Source: Candidatus Bathyarchaeota archaeon
GTDB lineage: Archaea; Thermoproteota; Bathyarchaeia; 40CM-2-53-6
Length of the DNA stretch: 64,000 nt
Assembly: GCA_963733055.1 (NCBI GenBank)
Contig: CAVTBR010000002.1
Span: 192,001-256,000, forward strand
Direction: 5' to 3'
Under the pieces are notes generated by a model. It was given only the letters and a program-made list of their open reading frames with translations, was not told the DNA's origin and made no database searches. The translations under genes and the position numbers were made by a program. Shown piece by piece: positions 39,435 to 48,732 of the stretch (position 1 is its first letter; every line of letters starts with the position of its first letter).

Positions 39435-41798
39435 TTAGGGCTTCGTGATCAACGAGTGCATCCTAACCAAGTCGCCCTTGAACGGCGCAAGAGCTTTCGG
39501 GACCTTTACCTCGACCGGGTCTCTCAGGGCTAAGTTCTTTTCTTTCTTGATTTTCCAGACTTCCCGGTTGAACTCGAACATCTTCTGAGTGTAGCGTTTC
39601 GACGCCTTCGACCATGCGGGCTTTGGGAATTGCTCGGTGTGGATGCTTCGCTTCGAGTACAATTGCCTCCATACATGTTCTGGTATGAATGGAGTTATGG
39701 GCGCGAGTAAGAGGAGCACGCTCTTCAAGACTGTGTGAAGCGTGTACCACGCGGCCTTCTGTTGAGCTTTTGTGAATCCCTCGCCATAGGCGCGAGGCTT
39801 CACCATCTCTAGGTAGTGGGATGCAAATGTTTCCCAGACGAAATCTCGAATCGCCGTTGAGGGGAGAAAGAAATTGTATTCACGATAGCCATCCACGGAT
39901 TTTTGTACTAATAGTGTAAGTTCGGAGAGAATCCACTTGTCGCTGGGCTGGAGTTGGGCAGTCTTGACTTGGGGAAAGGATGAGATGAAACGGGAGAGAT
40001 TCCAGAGCTTCGTCATGAACTTGTGAGCTGCGGCTATTCTCATTTCTGAGCAGCGGAAATCAGATCCTAGAGTGGCTTCGGAAGCGTTCCAGAACCTAAA
40101 GGCGTCTGCTCCGAACTTTTCGAGTACCGGTTCAGGCTCCACGACGTTCCCCTTGCTCTTGTGCATCGCCTGTCCTTGCTCATCCATTCCAAGCCCGTTG
40201 ATCCAAGCATCTGTAAATGGCGCCCGCCCAGTTAGTTGGTAGCACCTGAGAACCGAGTAATTGAGCCAGGTTCTTACAATGTCCTTGCCCTGTGGCCTTA
40301 TGCTCACAGGGTATGCTCGCTTGAAGAACTTGGGGTCGAGCCAGTATTTGGAAATGTAGAGAGCGGAAATGCTCGAATCCATCCATGTATCGAAAGTGCG
40401 CGTGTCGCCCTCGAATTCTGAGTGACCGCATTTGGAACATGTCGCGGAGGGTGGTTGATCTCTCCACGGCCTATAATACTCGCCCGGAGGAGGGAGAAGC
40501 GGGGTGCTGCAGTTCTTACAGTACCAAACAGGAATCTCGGTTGCGTATACCCGGCGTCTGGATATCGGCCAATCGATTGCGATGGAGTTTATCCAATTGA
40601 GCAGTATCTGCCTGGACGCCTTGGGATGAAACTTGATCTGATTAGCAAGCCGATTGATTTTCGGAATGAAGTCTATTTGCTTTAGATAATATTCCTTCAT
40701 GGGTACGATTTCGATCGGGGTGTTGCTGCGTGAGCAGACTGGCGTGCGATGCCTGATGTTCTCGGTCTTAACGAGAAGACCATGAGAGCGTAGGTCCTCA
40801 AGGATTCGTGAGCGTCCTTCCATCATTCTTAGACCTTGGTATGCTCCCGCGGCAGCGGTAAGTCGGCCATCCGGCGCCACTGCTAAGACCTCTTTGAGGC
40901 CGAGTTCCCTGAAGAGTAGAACGTCCGTGTAGTCTCCATAGCTACATATCATTACGGCCCCCGTGCCGAATTCGGGTTGGGCACTTGGATGGGGCTTAAT
41001 CTCGACTGTGCGACCGTAGATGGGCAAAGTTGCGTGCATTCCGTGAAGTTTGGTGTATCTTTCGTCCATGGGGTTTACGATTACTAGTTGACATGCGCAG
41101 ATGAGCTCGGGTCTTGTTGTTGCGATAACCAGCGTCTCTCCGGTTTCTTCAATTTTGAAGTTCACGTAAGCCAGGTTCGAGGGGCGATCTTCGTACTCTA
41201 CTTCTGCATCGGCGATTGTTGTGCCGCATTCATGGCAGTAGTTGTTAGGGCGTGTTGTTTCGTAGATGAGTCCTCTTTTCCAGAGTTCGATAAATGTAGC
41301 CTGTGTCCGTTTTCGGTAATCTTCGCTATCAGTATGATATTTGCCATCGTAGTCCCCACTCAACCCTACACGCTTCATCATGTTCGTCATCTGCGCTTCA
41401 AGGTCGTCGAGTGCGCGGGAGCATAGGTCGATGAATTGTTGCCTTGGGGTGTCCCGCATCTTCACTTTGGAGTGCTTCTCCACGTAGATCTCGACGTTGA
41501 TTCCGTTTCGGTCGAACCCGATTGGGAAGAGTACCGATCTTCCCAACATGCGTTGCGATCGAGCGATCATGTCGATCTGTGAGTAAGATGCTACTGCCCC
41601 TATGTGCCAAGTTCCTGAGGTAGTTGGCGGAGGGGTGTCGATGACGAAGGGCTTACCTACCTTTCCCGCTCTAAACCTAAACGTCCCTTCTTGCTGCCAT
41701 TTATCGAAGATCGTTCTCTCAAGGTTATGGTCCCACCTTTTCTCGACGATTCGTGGAAGGAATTTCTTCGCCGTTTCAGTTTTCTCCGGAGTTGCCAT
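39435..41798 (-). CDS. valS: Valine--tRNA ligase
   Basis: IDTPPP, HIGA (HIGH-like), ATTRPE, DWPISR, FDTWMDSS, MHKSKGN. Confidence 0.95.
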   Translation of the reverse strand: MATPEKTETAKKFLPRIVEKRWDHNLERTIFDKWQQEGTFRFRAGKVGKPFVIDTPPPTTSGTWHIGAVASYSQIDMIARSQRMLGRSVLFPIGFDRNGINVEIYVEKHSKVKMRDTPRQQFIDLCSRALDDLEAQMTNMMKRVGLSGDYDGKYHTDSEDYRKRTQATFIELWKRGLIYETTRPNNYCHECGTTIADAEVEYEDRPSNLAYVNFKIEETGETLVIATTRPELICACQLVIVNPMDERYTKLHGMHATLPIYGRTVEIKPHPSAQPEFGTGAVMICSYGDYTDVLLFRELGLKEVLAVAPDGRLTAAAGAYQGLRMMEGRSRILEDLRSHGLLVKTENIRHRTPVCSRSNTPIEIVPMKEYYLKQIDFIPKINRLANQIKFHPKASRQILLNWINSIAIDWPISRRRVYATEIPVWYCKNCSTPLLPPPGEYYRPWRDQPPSATCSKCGHSEFEGDTRTFDTWMDSSISALYISKYWLDPKFFKRAYPVSIRPQGKDIVRTWLNYSVLRCYQLTGRAPFTDAWINGLGMDEQGQAMHKSKGNVVEPEPVLEKFGADAFRFWNASEATLGSDFRCSEMRIAAAHKFMTKLWNLSRFISSFPQVKTAQLQPSDKWILSELTLLVQKSVDGYREYNFFLPSTAIRDFVWETFASHYLEMVKPRAYGEGFTKAQQKAAWYTLHTVLKSVLLLLAPITPFIPEHVWRQLYSKRSIHTEQFPKPAWSKASKRYTQKMFEFNREVWKIKKEKNLALRDPVEVKVPKALAPFKGDLVRMHSLITKP

Positions 41799-41932
41799 CT
41801 GTTCTCACTTGCCTAGGAATCGTGTTGGGGCAGGAAAATGTTCGTTTGAGAGTTTTAGCGGACTTGAAGGTGATACGGGCCTCTGCACCAACCGGAATTG
41901 AGTTGTTTTGCCGTATAAGATTGTCGAATAAC

Positions 41933-43033
41933 TCAGGTGGTTTTTGCTTGATATCCTACGGCCTTGGACGAAAGATAGTCGCCTAGCCTCGCTGCGGAAA
42001 TCAGCAGAAAGAATACCAATACAATCCCGCCTGCCACGTAGAGGTTGATAACTTCGACAAGGTTTGCGAGAACGGTGAATGCTGTGCCATACGTTGTGCT
42101 TGCCATGTCGAGGATTGTGAAGTAGTAGTTGAAGAACCAGTGTAGGAGGATGTCGGCGTAGGCGCCGTAGCTTACGTACATGATTGCGAATACAAGGCCT
42201 GCCAGGGCAGCGGTGGAAACTTTACCGATCTCCCAACCTCCCCCGCTAATGTAGTGGGCCAGCCCGAACACTGCTGAGGTTACTAGGATAAGCGCCCACT
42301 CGAGTGGACTAATGCCATGAATGAAACCGTTTGCGGCGACGGTTTTGTAACCTAGTTTCGCCTTCGCCATTTCAGGGCTGAAAAGAACGAGGAGAAATAA
42401 ACCCGCGCGCTTCTTCAGACCAGTCAATCGTGGATCGGATCGGTAAACGATGAGGAGGAATACGGCGAGAGGGATTCCGATCGTGGTTATCCTGAAAGCG
42501 AATTCTTCGTTTATTGGAGCGTAGGCAAGATTAAGGAGAATCAAATAGGGGCTCGTCTGGGCGGGGAAATTCAAGCTTCCCGTCTGAATGCCCTGCGTCG
42601 TTTGGAATTCTGAAATAATAATCGTTGCCGTAAGCAGACCAGTACCGACCAAGGGCATCAAGTATAGGAAATTCGTTTTCCCGACTGAAATCGGCTTAGA
42701 GAGTGCACCCTTAACCGATTTTAGAAAGCCTCCGGCGCTAAGAAATGCAGCCGCTACGCAGGCTACGAAAATGATCCAAATTGCCGCGAATAGAGCTCCG
42801 TGGCTCATTCCGCCGGGAAGGGGGACCGTGTACAGCATGAAGATGTCCAACGGCAGCTGATGGATTATGTGCCCAGCGTCTTTCAGGCCGTCGGAAGTTG
42901 AGAAGTATAGTACTGGGCCTAAGACTAGTGTAATTATGTAGGTGATGGCTGAGAAAACCGCCAGGATTAGGGCAAGGGCTCTACCAAGAGCAACTACGCT
43001 CTGTAGTGACTTTGTATCCACTGACAATCGCAC
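41933..43033 (-). CDS. CPBP family intramembrane glutamic endopeptidase (CAAX protease-like)
   Basis: APINEEFAFR, FGLAHY, ILLHWFFN motifs; multiple TM helices. Confidence 0.88.
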   Translation of the reverse strand: MRLSVDTKSLQSVVALGRALALILAVFSAITYIITLVLGPVLYFSTSDGLKDAGHIIHQLPLDIFMLYTVPLPGGMSHGALFAAIWIIFVACVAAAFLSAGGFLKSVKGALSKPISVGKTNFLYLMPLVGTGLLTATIIISEFQTTQGIQTGSLNFPAQTSPYLILLNLAYAPINEEFAFRITTIGIPLAVFLLIVYRSDPRLTGLKKRAGLFLLVLFSPEMAKAKLGYKTVAANGFIHGISPLEWALILVTSAVFGLAHYISGGGWEIGKVSTAALAGLVFAIMYVSYGAYADILLHWFFNYYFTILDMASTTYGTAFTVLANLVEVINLYVAGGIVLVFFLLISAARLGDYLSSKAVGYQAKTT

Positions 43034-43163
43034 CGTTTTAACTACGAATCCGAACTAACGGGCCTAATCAATATACTGGTGCTAATCTTCGGAACGGGCC
43101 TGAATTGGATGGATCGGGATGAATATTCTATAGCTGACTATCTGATCCCCGACAAGACCAGTC

Positions 43164-44360
43164 CTAAGTGTATTTTTTGAGTTCGTCCACCTTGTCGGTC
43201 CGTTCCCATGTGAAGTCGGGATCGTCTCGCCCGAAATGTCCGTAGGTTGCGGTTTTTCTGTAGATGGGCCGTCGAAGGTTTAGGTGCTCGATTATTCCCT
43301 TTGGGGTCATATCGAAAACCGTTTTCACCGCCTCCGTAATCTTCTCGTCCGGCACTCTACCTGTTCCGTAGGTGTTGACCATGACCGAGACTGGCTTCGA
43401 TACCCCAATCGCATACGCGATCTGTACGTCGCATTTGTCAGCCAATCCGGCTGCTACTATATTCTTTGCGATGTACCGTGCCATGTAACTTCCGGACCGA
43501 TCCACCTTCGTCGGATCCTTTCCCGAATAGCAACCACCGCCGTGGCTTCCGATTCCGCCGTACGTGTCGACGATTATCTTCCGTCCAGTGAGGCCGGAGT
43601 CGGCGAGCGTGCCGCCTATAGTGAAGCGGCCGGTTTCGTTTATGAAGAATTTGGTGTTCTTGTCGAGCATGTTCTTGGGAATGACGTGTTCGATCACTTT
43701 CTCGATTATGTCCTTCCTCATTGGTTCCCTCGGCACGTCTTCATTGTGTTGCGCCGCGATGACGACGGCGTCTATTCGTTTGGGCCTACCGTTTGAATAT
43801 TCAACGGTGACTTGCGACTTTCCGTCGGGACGTAGGTAGGGCAGAATTCCCTGTTTCCTCACCTCGGCGAGGCGTTTGACTAGCTTGTGGGCTAAGACGA
43901 TGGGTAGGGGCATGAGTTCGGGAGTTTCATTCGTAGCATACCCGAACACCATTCCCTGATCGCCCGCGCCAATATCCTCCTTATCGACGCCCATGGCTAT
44001 GTCCGGGGACTGCTCTTCTACTGAAACAAGAACTCCGCAGGCTTCCCAATCCAAACCAACTTTCGCATTGTCGAAGCCGATATCGCGAAGGACATTACGG
44101 ACAATATGGTTCATGGCCACATAGCTGGTGGTGGAGATTTGGCCAGTAATAATTATCGTTCCTTTCATTATGAGAGTCTCTATGTCGACGCGCGATTTGG
44201 GATCCTTCTGAATGATTGCATCGAGAATTGCGTCTGAGATTTGGTCCGCTACCTTGTCGGGGTGGCCTTCGGTGACGCTCTCGGAAGTGAACATGTAAGA
44301 ACGAGGCTTTTGGCTCACAGCCACCGCAACGCTTGATGACCCGGTGGAAAGTTTGCTCAA
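43164..44360 (-). CDS. metK: S-adenosylmethionine synthetase, bacterial/eukaryotic type
   Basis: [53 protein letters not shown]. Confidence 0.96.
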   Translation of the reverse strand: MSKLSTGSSSVAVAVSQKPRSYMFTSESVTEGHPDKVADQISDAILDAIIQKDPKSRVDIETLIMKGTIIITGQISTTSYVAMNHIVRNVLRDIGFDNAKVGLDWEACGVLVSVEEQSPDIAMGVDKEDIGAGDQGMVFGYATNETPELMPLPIVLAHKLVKRLAEVRKQGILPYLRPDGKSQVTVEYSNGRPKRIDAVVIAAQHNEDVPREPMRKDIIEKVIEHVIPKNMLDKNTKFFINETGRFTIGGTLADSGLTGRKIIVDTYGGIGSHGGGCYSGKDPTKVDRSGSYMARYIAKNIVAAGLADKCDVQIAYAIGVSKPVSVMVNTYGTGRVPDEKITEAVKTVFDMTPKGIIEHLNLRRPIYRKTATYGHFGRDDPDFTWERTDKVDELKKYT

Positions 44361-44423
44361 GTGGTTTCACTGAAACTTGGCGGAACTCCGATATTCCTAT
44401 AATATAACTTTACGATACGGAAG

Positions 44424-44439
44424 TATTCCAACAAGAATT
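44424..44439. promoter_or_regulatory. Putative operator TATTC-N6-GAAT(T) near the metK promoter
   Basis: Matches the perfect TATTC-N6-GAATA copy at 45003-45018. Confidence 0.35.
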
Positions 44440-44482
44440 ATTGCGAATATGGTTATTCGTTGAATGCCTTGGCAAGTTCGAG

Positions 44483-44822
44483 GGTGTAGCACACCGTGTG
44501 CTACGCCGTGATTTTCGCCTGGGAAACGCCCTGAAAACAGGGGTGTAAGTCACTGTGACTTACACCATGATTTCGGCAGGAGGGGTGGCTTCTGAATGCT
44601 CAGAGGTCTAGGCAGTCAGGGAACGAACTGGGATACAGTTCGGCGGAACTGTGGCGCAGTTGAACCGTCATGTGATAGAGTACGAGGAAAAACGAGGGTG
44701 AAGGTCACCCCTGTTTTTCCGGCCGTGAGGAGCCAATCGTGGCATTTCGGCATGACCAGGTCATACCCTTATCCGCAGTTCATGCCCCTACCGGGGTCTA
44801 CCTGGGCTACCAGTGTAGAACC
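44483..44822. repeat. Cluster of palindromes/hairpins in the metK-HTH/CBS intergenic region
   Basis: Two 25-nt palindromes (44483-44507, 44542-44566) and at least five more inverted repeats. Confidence 0.7.
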
Positions 44823-45002
44823 GGCATCGGTCACTGCGAAGATTGCGTCGTCGAACATGGAATGCTTCTGCCTTTTCACCTGCATGGCCTTGGAGAGCGA
44901 CATACTTGATACTAACACGCGACGGACACGTGAAACCTCAACCCTCTGCATAAAACGCCTCAAAACCGCAGATGCGTATGAGAATAATAACGCCTCCGTG
45001 AA

Positions 45003-45018
45003 TATTCCCATAAGAATA
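45003..45018. promoter_or_regulatory. Putative operator TATTC-N6-GAATA upstream of the HTH-CBS regulator
   Basis: Perfect inverted repeat 16 nt upstream of the start codon. Confidence 0.4.
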
Positions 45019-45034
45019 GCCTTCGAAAACAGGT

Positions 45035-45604
45035 TTGAATCCCATGCTACCAGGGTTGGAGGAGATTGGAAGGCGACGCCGGCTCCTAGCGATGAGTCAG
45101 AAGAAGCTGGCCAACCTCGCAGGTATCAGCCAGTCTATGATTGCGAAAATCGAGAGTAAGAACATCAGCCCGTCATACTTGAAGACTAAGGCCATCTTTG
45201 ACACGCTCGAGAGTTTGGAGCGGAGGAACGAGCTAAAGGCTAAGGAAATCTGTCACGGAAAGGTTGTGAGTGTGCAGGCGCATGAGCCAATCTCGAGGGG
45301 GGTGCATTTAATGCGGGAGACGGGTTTCTCCCAGCTACCCGTCTTCAATGGAACCCAAGTCGTGGGAAGCCTTACGGAGAAGACGATTCTTCAGAAGTTA
45401 GTGTCGTCCCCCAAACCCGAGCTAACCGCGAAAGGGGAGATTGAGACGATAATGGACGAGGCCTTCCCGCTTGTGAATGAGGTTGCACCGGTGTCGATGG
45501 TTTCTGCGCTGCTCCAGTATGAGCCTGCGGTGCTCGTTGTTCGGCGTGGACACGTGTTGGGCATAATCACGAAAGCGGATTTGCTGAAGGTAATTGGATC
45601 CTAA
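45035..45604 (+). CDS. XRE-family HTH plus tandem CBS-domain transcriptional regulator
   Basis: MSQKKLANLAGISQSMIAKIES HTH; FSQLPV and GIITKADLL CBS motifs. Confidence 0.93.
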   Translation: MNPMLPGLEEIGRRRRLLAMSQKKLANLAGISQSMIAKIESKNISPSYLKTKAIFDTLESLERRNELKAKEICHGKVVSVQAHEPISRGVHLMRETGFSQLPVFNGTQVVGSLTEKTILQKLVSSPKPELTAKGEIETIMDEAFPLVNEVAPVSMVSALLQYEPAVLVVRRGHVLGIITKADLLKVIGS

Positions 45605-46821
45605 CTTGATGTCTTTCCCTTTGCGGCCGCGACGATATTGACGACATCTCGGTCTTTCAACTTGTAATCTTTCGGAAGACGAATCTTTGTTCGTGCATCA
45701 ACCGCGTAAATCATCGTCCTTGCTAACTCACTGTGAATCTGGGCGGCGAGGTCTGTTATGGAGGCGTTGTAAGGGACCAAGAAGGCGTCCGGAAGCACGG
45801 CTCCTTTTCGATCCGATAACTTCTCAGCGTCCTCAACGGGATAAACCGCGTTCATCCCGAGCAGTTTGAAGACGCATGTGTTTAGAGCGAACTGTACACC
45901 AGTCCGTATCCATTGCGAGAAAACGCGTTGCTCAACGTAGGTTAGCGCGTTTTGTTGTTCGAGCGTAAGTTTACTCTTATCTTTGACCTTGAAGGCTTCC
46001 TCACCGGGAACGTACTCAATATACCCCTGCTGTTCCGCCCTCCGAAGGGCGAGTTCAGCGTCGCTTGACGCGGGAATCACGAATGCCTGACCAAACTCTT
46101 TGATCAGCTTCTCATAGTTCTTCTCACCTAACGCGATGTCCATCTTGTTTGCCACGATCAGTGTTGGCTTTGAGATTTCGCGCACGCTCTTGGCGAAATT
46201 CCAAACATCTTGCCGGGTCCACTTCCCCAAGTCCTTGTCGGTGAGGTTCGTTGCGTTGAGTGCTTGCGTTATGTGAGTTGGAGTGATCTTCATTCCGGCT
46301 AAGTCTTGCGCGAAGAGGTGGTCTACGGTTGACCCTTTCTTTGAATGGTTCTTCACTTTTCCGAGTGTCTTCTCGACCGATTTTGAATACCAGCGTACAA
46401 TTTCTTCCTCAATGTCGTAAACGTCGGCGACAGGGTTGCCCATGCCGGGCTTGGTGAGTTTTCCATCAGCGTCTAAGCTGGCTGAGGCGTCTGCGATGTG
46501 TATGAGAGCGTCCGCCTGGGATGCGACGCTTAGGAATTGCGTTCCTAAGCCCTTTCCCTCCCACGAGCCTTTGATCAGGCCGGGGAGGTCAATTAGTTGG
46601 ATTGGGATGAAACGGGAGCCGTCGATGCAGGTTGAGTTTCGCGGATTGTCCTTGACGCCCAGTTCTTTGCATACGCAGATTGTCTTTGCATTGGATTGGC
46701 CGATGTTGGGTTTCTTCGTGGTGAAGGGGTATGTGGAGACTTCTGCGGTTAGGAGGGTTGCTGCGTTGAAGAACGTTGTTTTGCCGGCGTTTGTCTTACC
46801 GATGAGTCCTATCTTGAGCAA
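45601..46821 (-). CDS. ychF: Redox-regulated ATPase YchF (Obg-family GTPase) with TGS domain
   Basis: GKTNAGKTT, YPFTT, DLPG, NKMD, IHSEL. Confidence 0.93.
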   Translation of the reverse strand: MLKIGLIGKTNAGKTTFFNAATLLTAEVSTYPFTTKKPNIGQSNAKTICVCKELGVKDNPRNSTCIDGSRFIPIQLIDLPGLIKGSWEGKGLGTQFLSVASQADALIHIADASASLDADGKLTKPGMGNPVADVYDIEEEIVRWYSKSVEKTLGKVKNHSKKGSTVDHLFAQDLAGMKITPTHITQALNATNLTDKDLGKWTRQDVWNFAKSVREISKPTLIVANKMDIALGEKNYEKLIKEFGQAFVIPASSDAELALRRAEQQGYIEYVPGEEAFKVKDKSKLTLEQQNALTYVEQRVFSQWIRTGVQFALNTCVFKLLGMNAVYPVEDAEKLSDRKGAVLPDAFLVPYNASITDLAAQIHSELARTMIYAVDARTKIRLPKDYKLKDRDVVNIVAAAKGKTSS

Positions 46822-46941
46822 GGACCTTCAGGAGAAATTCATCTTTGGGGAGTATTATACGCGTTCCCTCATATTCAGCCATAACCGTTATAGCAACTCG
46901 TTGAGGGTCAGGTGCTGGGGCCGACCCTGTCCAACCGATGT

Positions 46942-47164
46942 GGGGCCGTAGTCACTCCGAGGGAGTGGCGGTGTCTAGCCAGGGATGACGACAGGGATAC
47001 GTACCCGCCAAGGGCTCCAGAAGACCAAACCTTAACGGGTTTGCGGACCTGAACGGAATGACGAACTTCAGGAGCGAAGAAACCCGTAGACATGACGGTA
47101 TGGCGGAAGTCGAGGGTTCAAAATGGTTCACGGCCGAACCATGAGAGTCCCTTCGGCCCCACCA
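46942..47164 (+). tRNA. tRNA-Trp(CCA) with five predicted introns (46952-46973, 46993-47011, 47021-47081, 47090-47108, 47123-47147)
   Basis: The spliced product GGGGCCGTAGTCTAGCCAGGGATGACGACGGGCTCCAGACCCGTAGGTCGAGGGTTCAAATCCCTTCGGCCCCACCA folds as a normal cloverleaf; each insert is bounded by BHB-like bulges. Confidence 0.85.
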
Positions 47165-47223
47165 CATGCATCAAACGAGTCCTTATATTCATATTAGAGC
47201 ACAGGCTGTAGAGGCGTCATGAG

Positions 47224-48732
47224 TTGCCTCGCCTCCCCAAATACGAGAAATTGAAAGAAGATCCAAACCTCAAACTTTGGTTCGATAATCACAGCAAGCA
47301 AATCACAGCAAAAGGGGACTTGCGACGTCTCGGGCTGTTTTGTGAACTGTTCAACGTTACCCCTCAAGACATCGTCGAGTTAGCCCAACCGCCAGCTTCG
47401 CCCCTTGATGCCAAGAAGTGGATCATTGGGAAAGTAGCGATACTACAGGACGAAAAACACGGTTTTAAGGGAAATTATGTTGCGAATTTTGTTAAATCTT
47501 TGGTAAGTTGGCTTGGGCATAACGGAATCACTCTACCTGAGAAACCAGAGATTCACATTAAAGGACGAGGCAAAAACAGGAAGTTTCGAGGAGAAGAACC
47601 GCCCTCACCTGATGAGCTTCAACAACTCTTAGATGTCATTTCTGACCTGCGACAAAAGGTGACAATCAGCCTAATCGCATTCAGCGGTCTCAGACCTCGC
47701 ACGCTCGGCAACCATGACGGTAGCGACGGATTAAGAATTAGAGATTTGCCTGAACTGCACATCGACTACAAGGAACGAAAAGTAACCTTCTACAGAATGG
47801 ACGAAAGAAAGAAGAAATTTCCTGCCATACCCACACGAATTGTCGTTAGAGAAGAAATTAACAAGGGCGAAGATAGAGAATACCAAACTTTCTTGAACCA
47901 ACAGGGTTGCCAGTTTCTCGAGTTTTACCTCAAAGACCGCATGACACCTAAACCACACAGAGTTTATGACAAGAAAGGCAGACCTGTCCTAGACAAAAAT
48001 GGCAAGCAGAAGGAGGAGCTTAGAGCCGAGAAGCTAACAGACGACAGCCCCATAATAGCCCATAACCACCCTTACCGTTTGCAGTATGAGAAGGTGGGCA
48101 AAATCAACTATTACACTGAAAGCTTTGTTCCCGCCCAGAACATCTCCTACGCCATAATCAGTCCGGTTTTCAAGAAGCTTGGATTGAAACAACCGAGCGG
48201 AGACGACAATCGACCTTACGTTTTGAGGTCGTACTTTGACAATCGGCTCATGAGTGCGGAATCAGACAAGAAAATAGGCGTAATCTACTCGTGGAGGCAA
48301 TATTGGATGGGGCATGTTGAAGGAATTGAAGCCGTTTACACCACAAACAAAGGAATTCCGAAAGACGTCATTGAACAAATGAGAAAGGCATATGCTCAAG
48401 CATCAGACCAATACCTCACCCCACCAAAAACAGCGCTAGTCAGTGCGGACGAAGCAATTGCTAAACTACGAAGAGACATCTTATCCGGGATAATGAGTGA
48501 AGAGGAAATCGGCAATCTCGGCGACTTATCTCAATACACAATGAAGCAGATACTGGATATGACGGGCAACAAGCTTCAACCAAAACAAACCGTCCCATCA
48601 AAGCCTTCTGGAGAAATCATAGAAGTCCCACGTGAACAAGTTGTCAAGAAAATGAACGAAGGCTACAAAATAGTCCAGAAACTGGATGACCACACCTTCG
48701 CCATGGAACCCAAAATCAACGTGACCTCTTGA
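47224..48732 (+). CDS. Tyrosine recombinase/integrase
   Basis: AFSGLRP (R), RPYVLRSYF, YWMGH, VYTTNK (catalytic Tyr). Confidence 0.9.
   Translation: MPRLPKYEKLKEDPNLKLWFDNHSKQITAKGDLRRLGLFCELFNVTPQDIVELAQPPASPLDAKKWIIGKVAILQDEKHGFKGNYVANFVKSLVSWLGHNGITLPEKPEIHIKGRGKNRKFRGEEPPSPDELQQLLDVISDLRQKVTISLIAFSGLRPRTLGNHDGSDGLRIRDLPELHIDYKERKVTFYRMDERKKKFPAIPTRIVVREEINKGEDREYQTFLNQQGCQFLEFYLKDRMTPKPHRVYDKKGRPVLDKNGKQKEELRAEKLTDDSPIIAHNHPYRLQYEKVGKINYYTESFVPAQNISYAIISPVFKKLGLKQPSGDDNRPYVLRSYFDNRLMSAESDKKIGVIYSWRQYWMGHVEGIEAVYTTNKGIPKDVIEQMRKAYAQASDQYLTPPKTALVSADEAIAKLRRDILSGIMSEEEIGNLGDLSQYTMKQILDMTGNKLQPKQTVPSKPSGEIIEVPREQVVKKMNEGYKIVQKLDDHTFAMEPKINVTS

Noticed and set aside
44483-44570. CRISPR array
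   Set aside because: Only two divergent units, no further periodic copies and no cas genes in the window
44361-45000. Known SAM riboswitch, SRP RNA or RNase P RNA
   Set aside because: I could not find their conserved motifs by eye, and metK has its own AT-rich promoter near 44400
44596-45159. 187-aa ORF
   Set aside because: No recognisable motifs; overlaps the HTH-CBS gene out of frame and runs through the hairpin cluster
46908-47167. Short ORFs overlapping tRNA genes (also 9854-10072 and 36519-36848)
   Set aside because: Shadow frames over tRNA sequence
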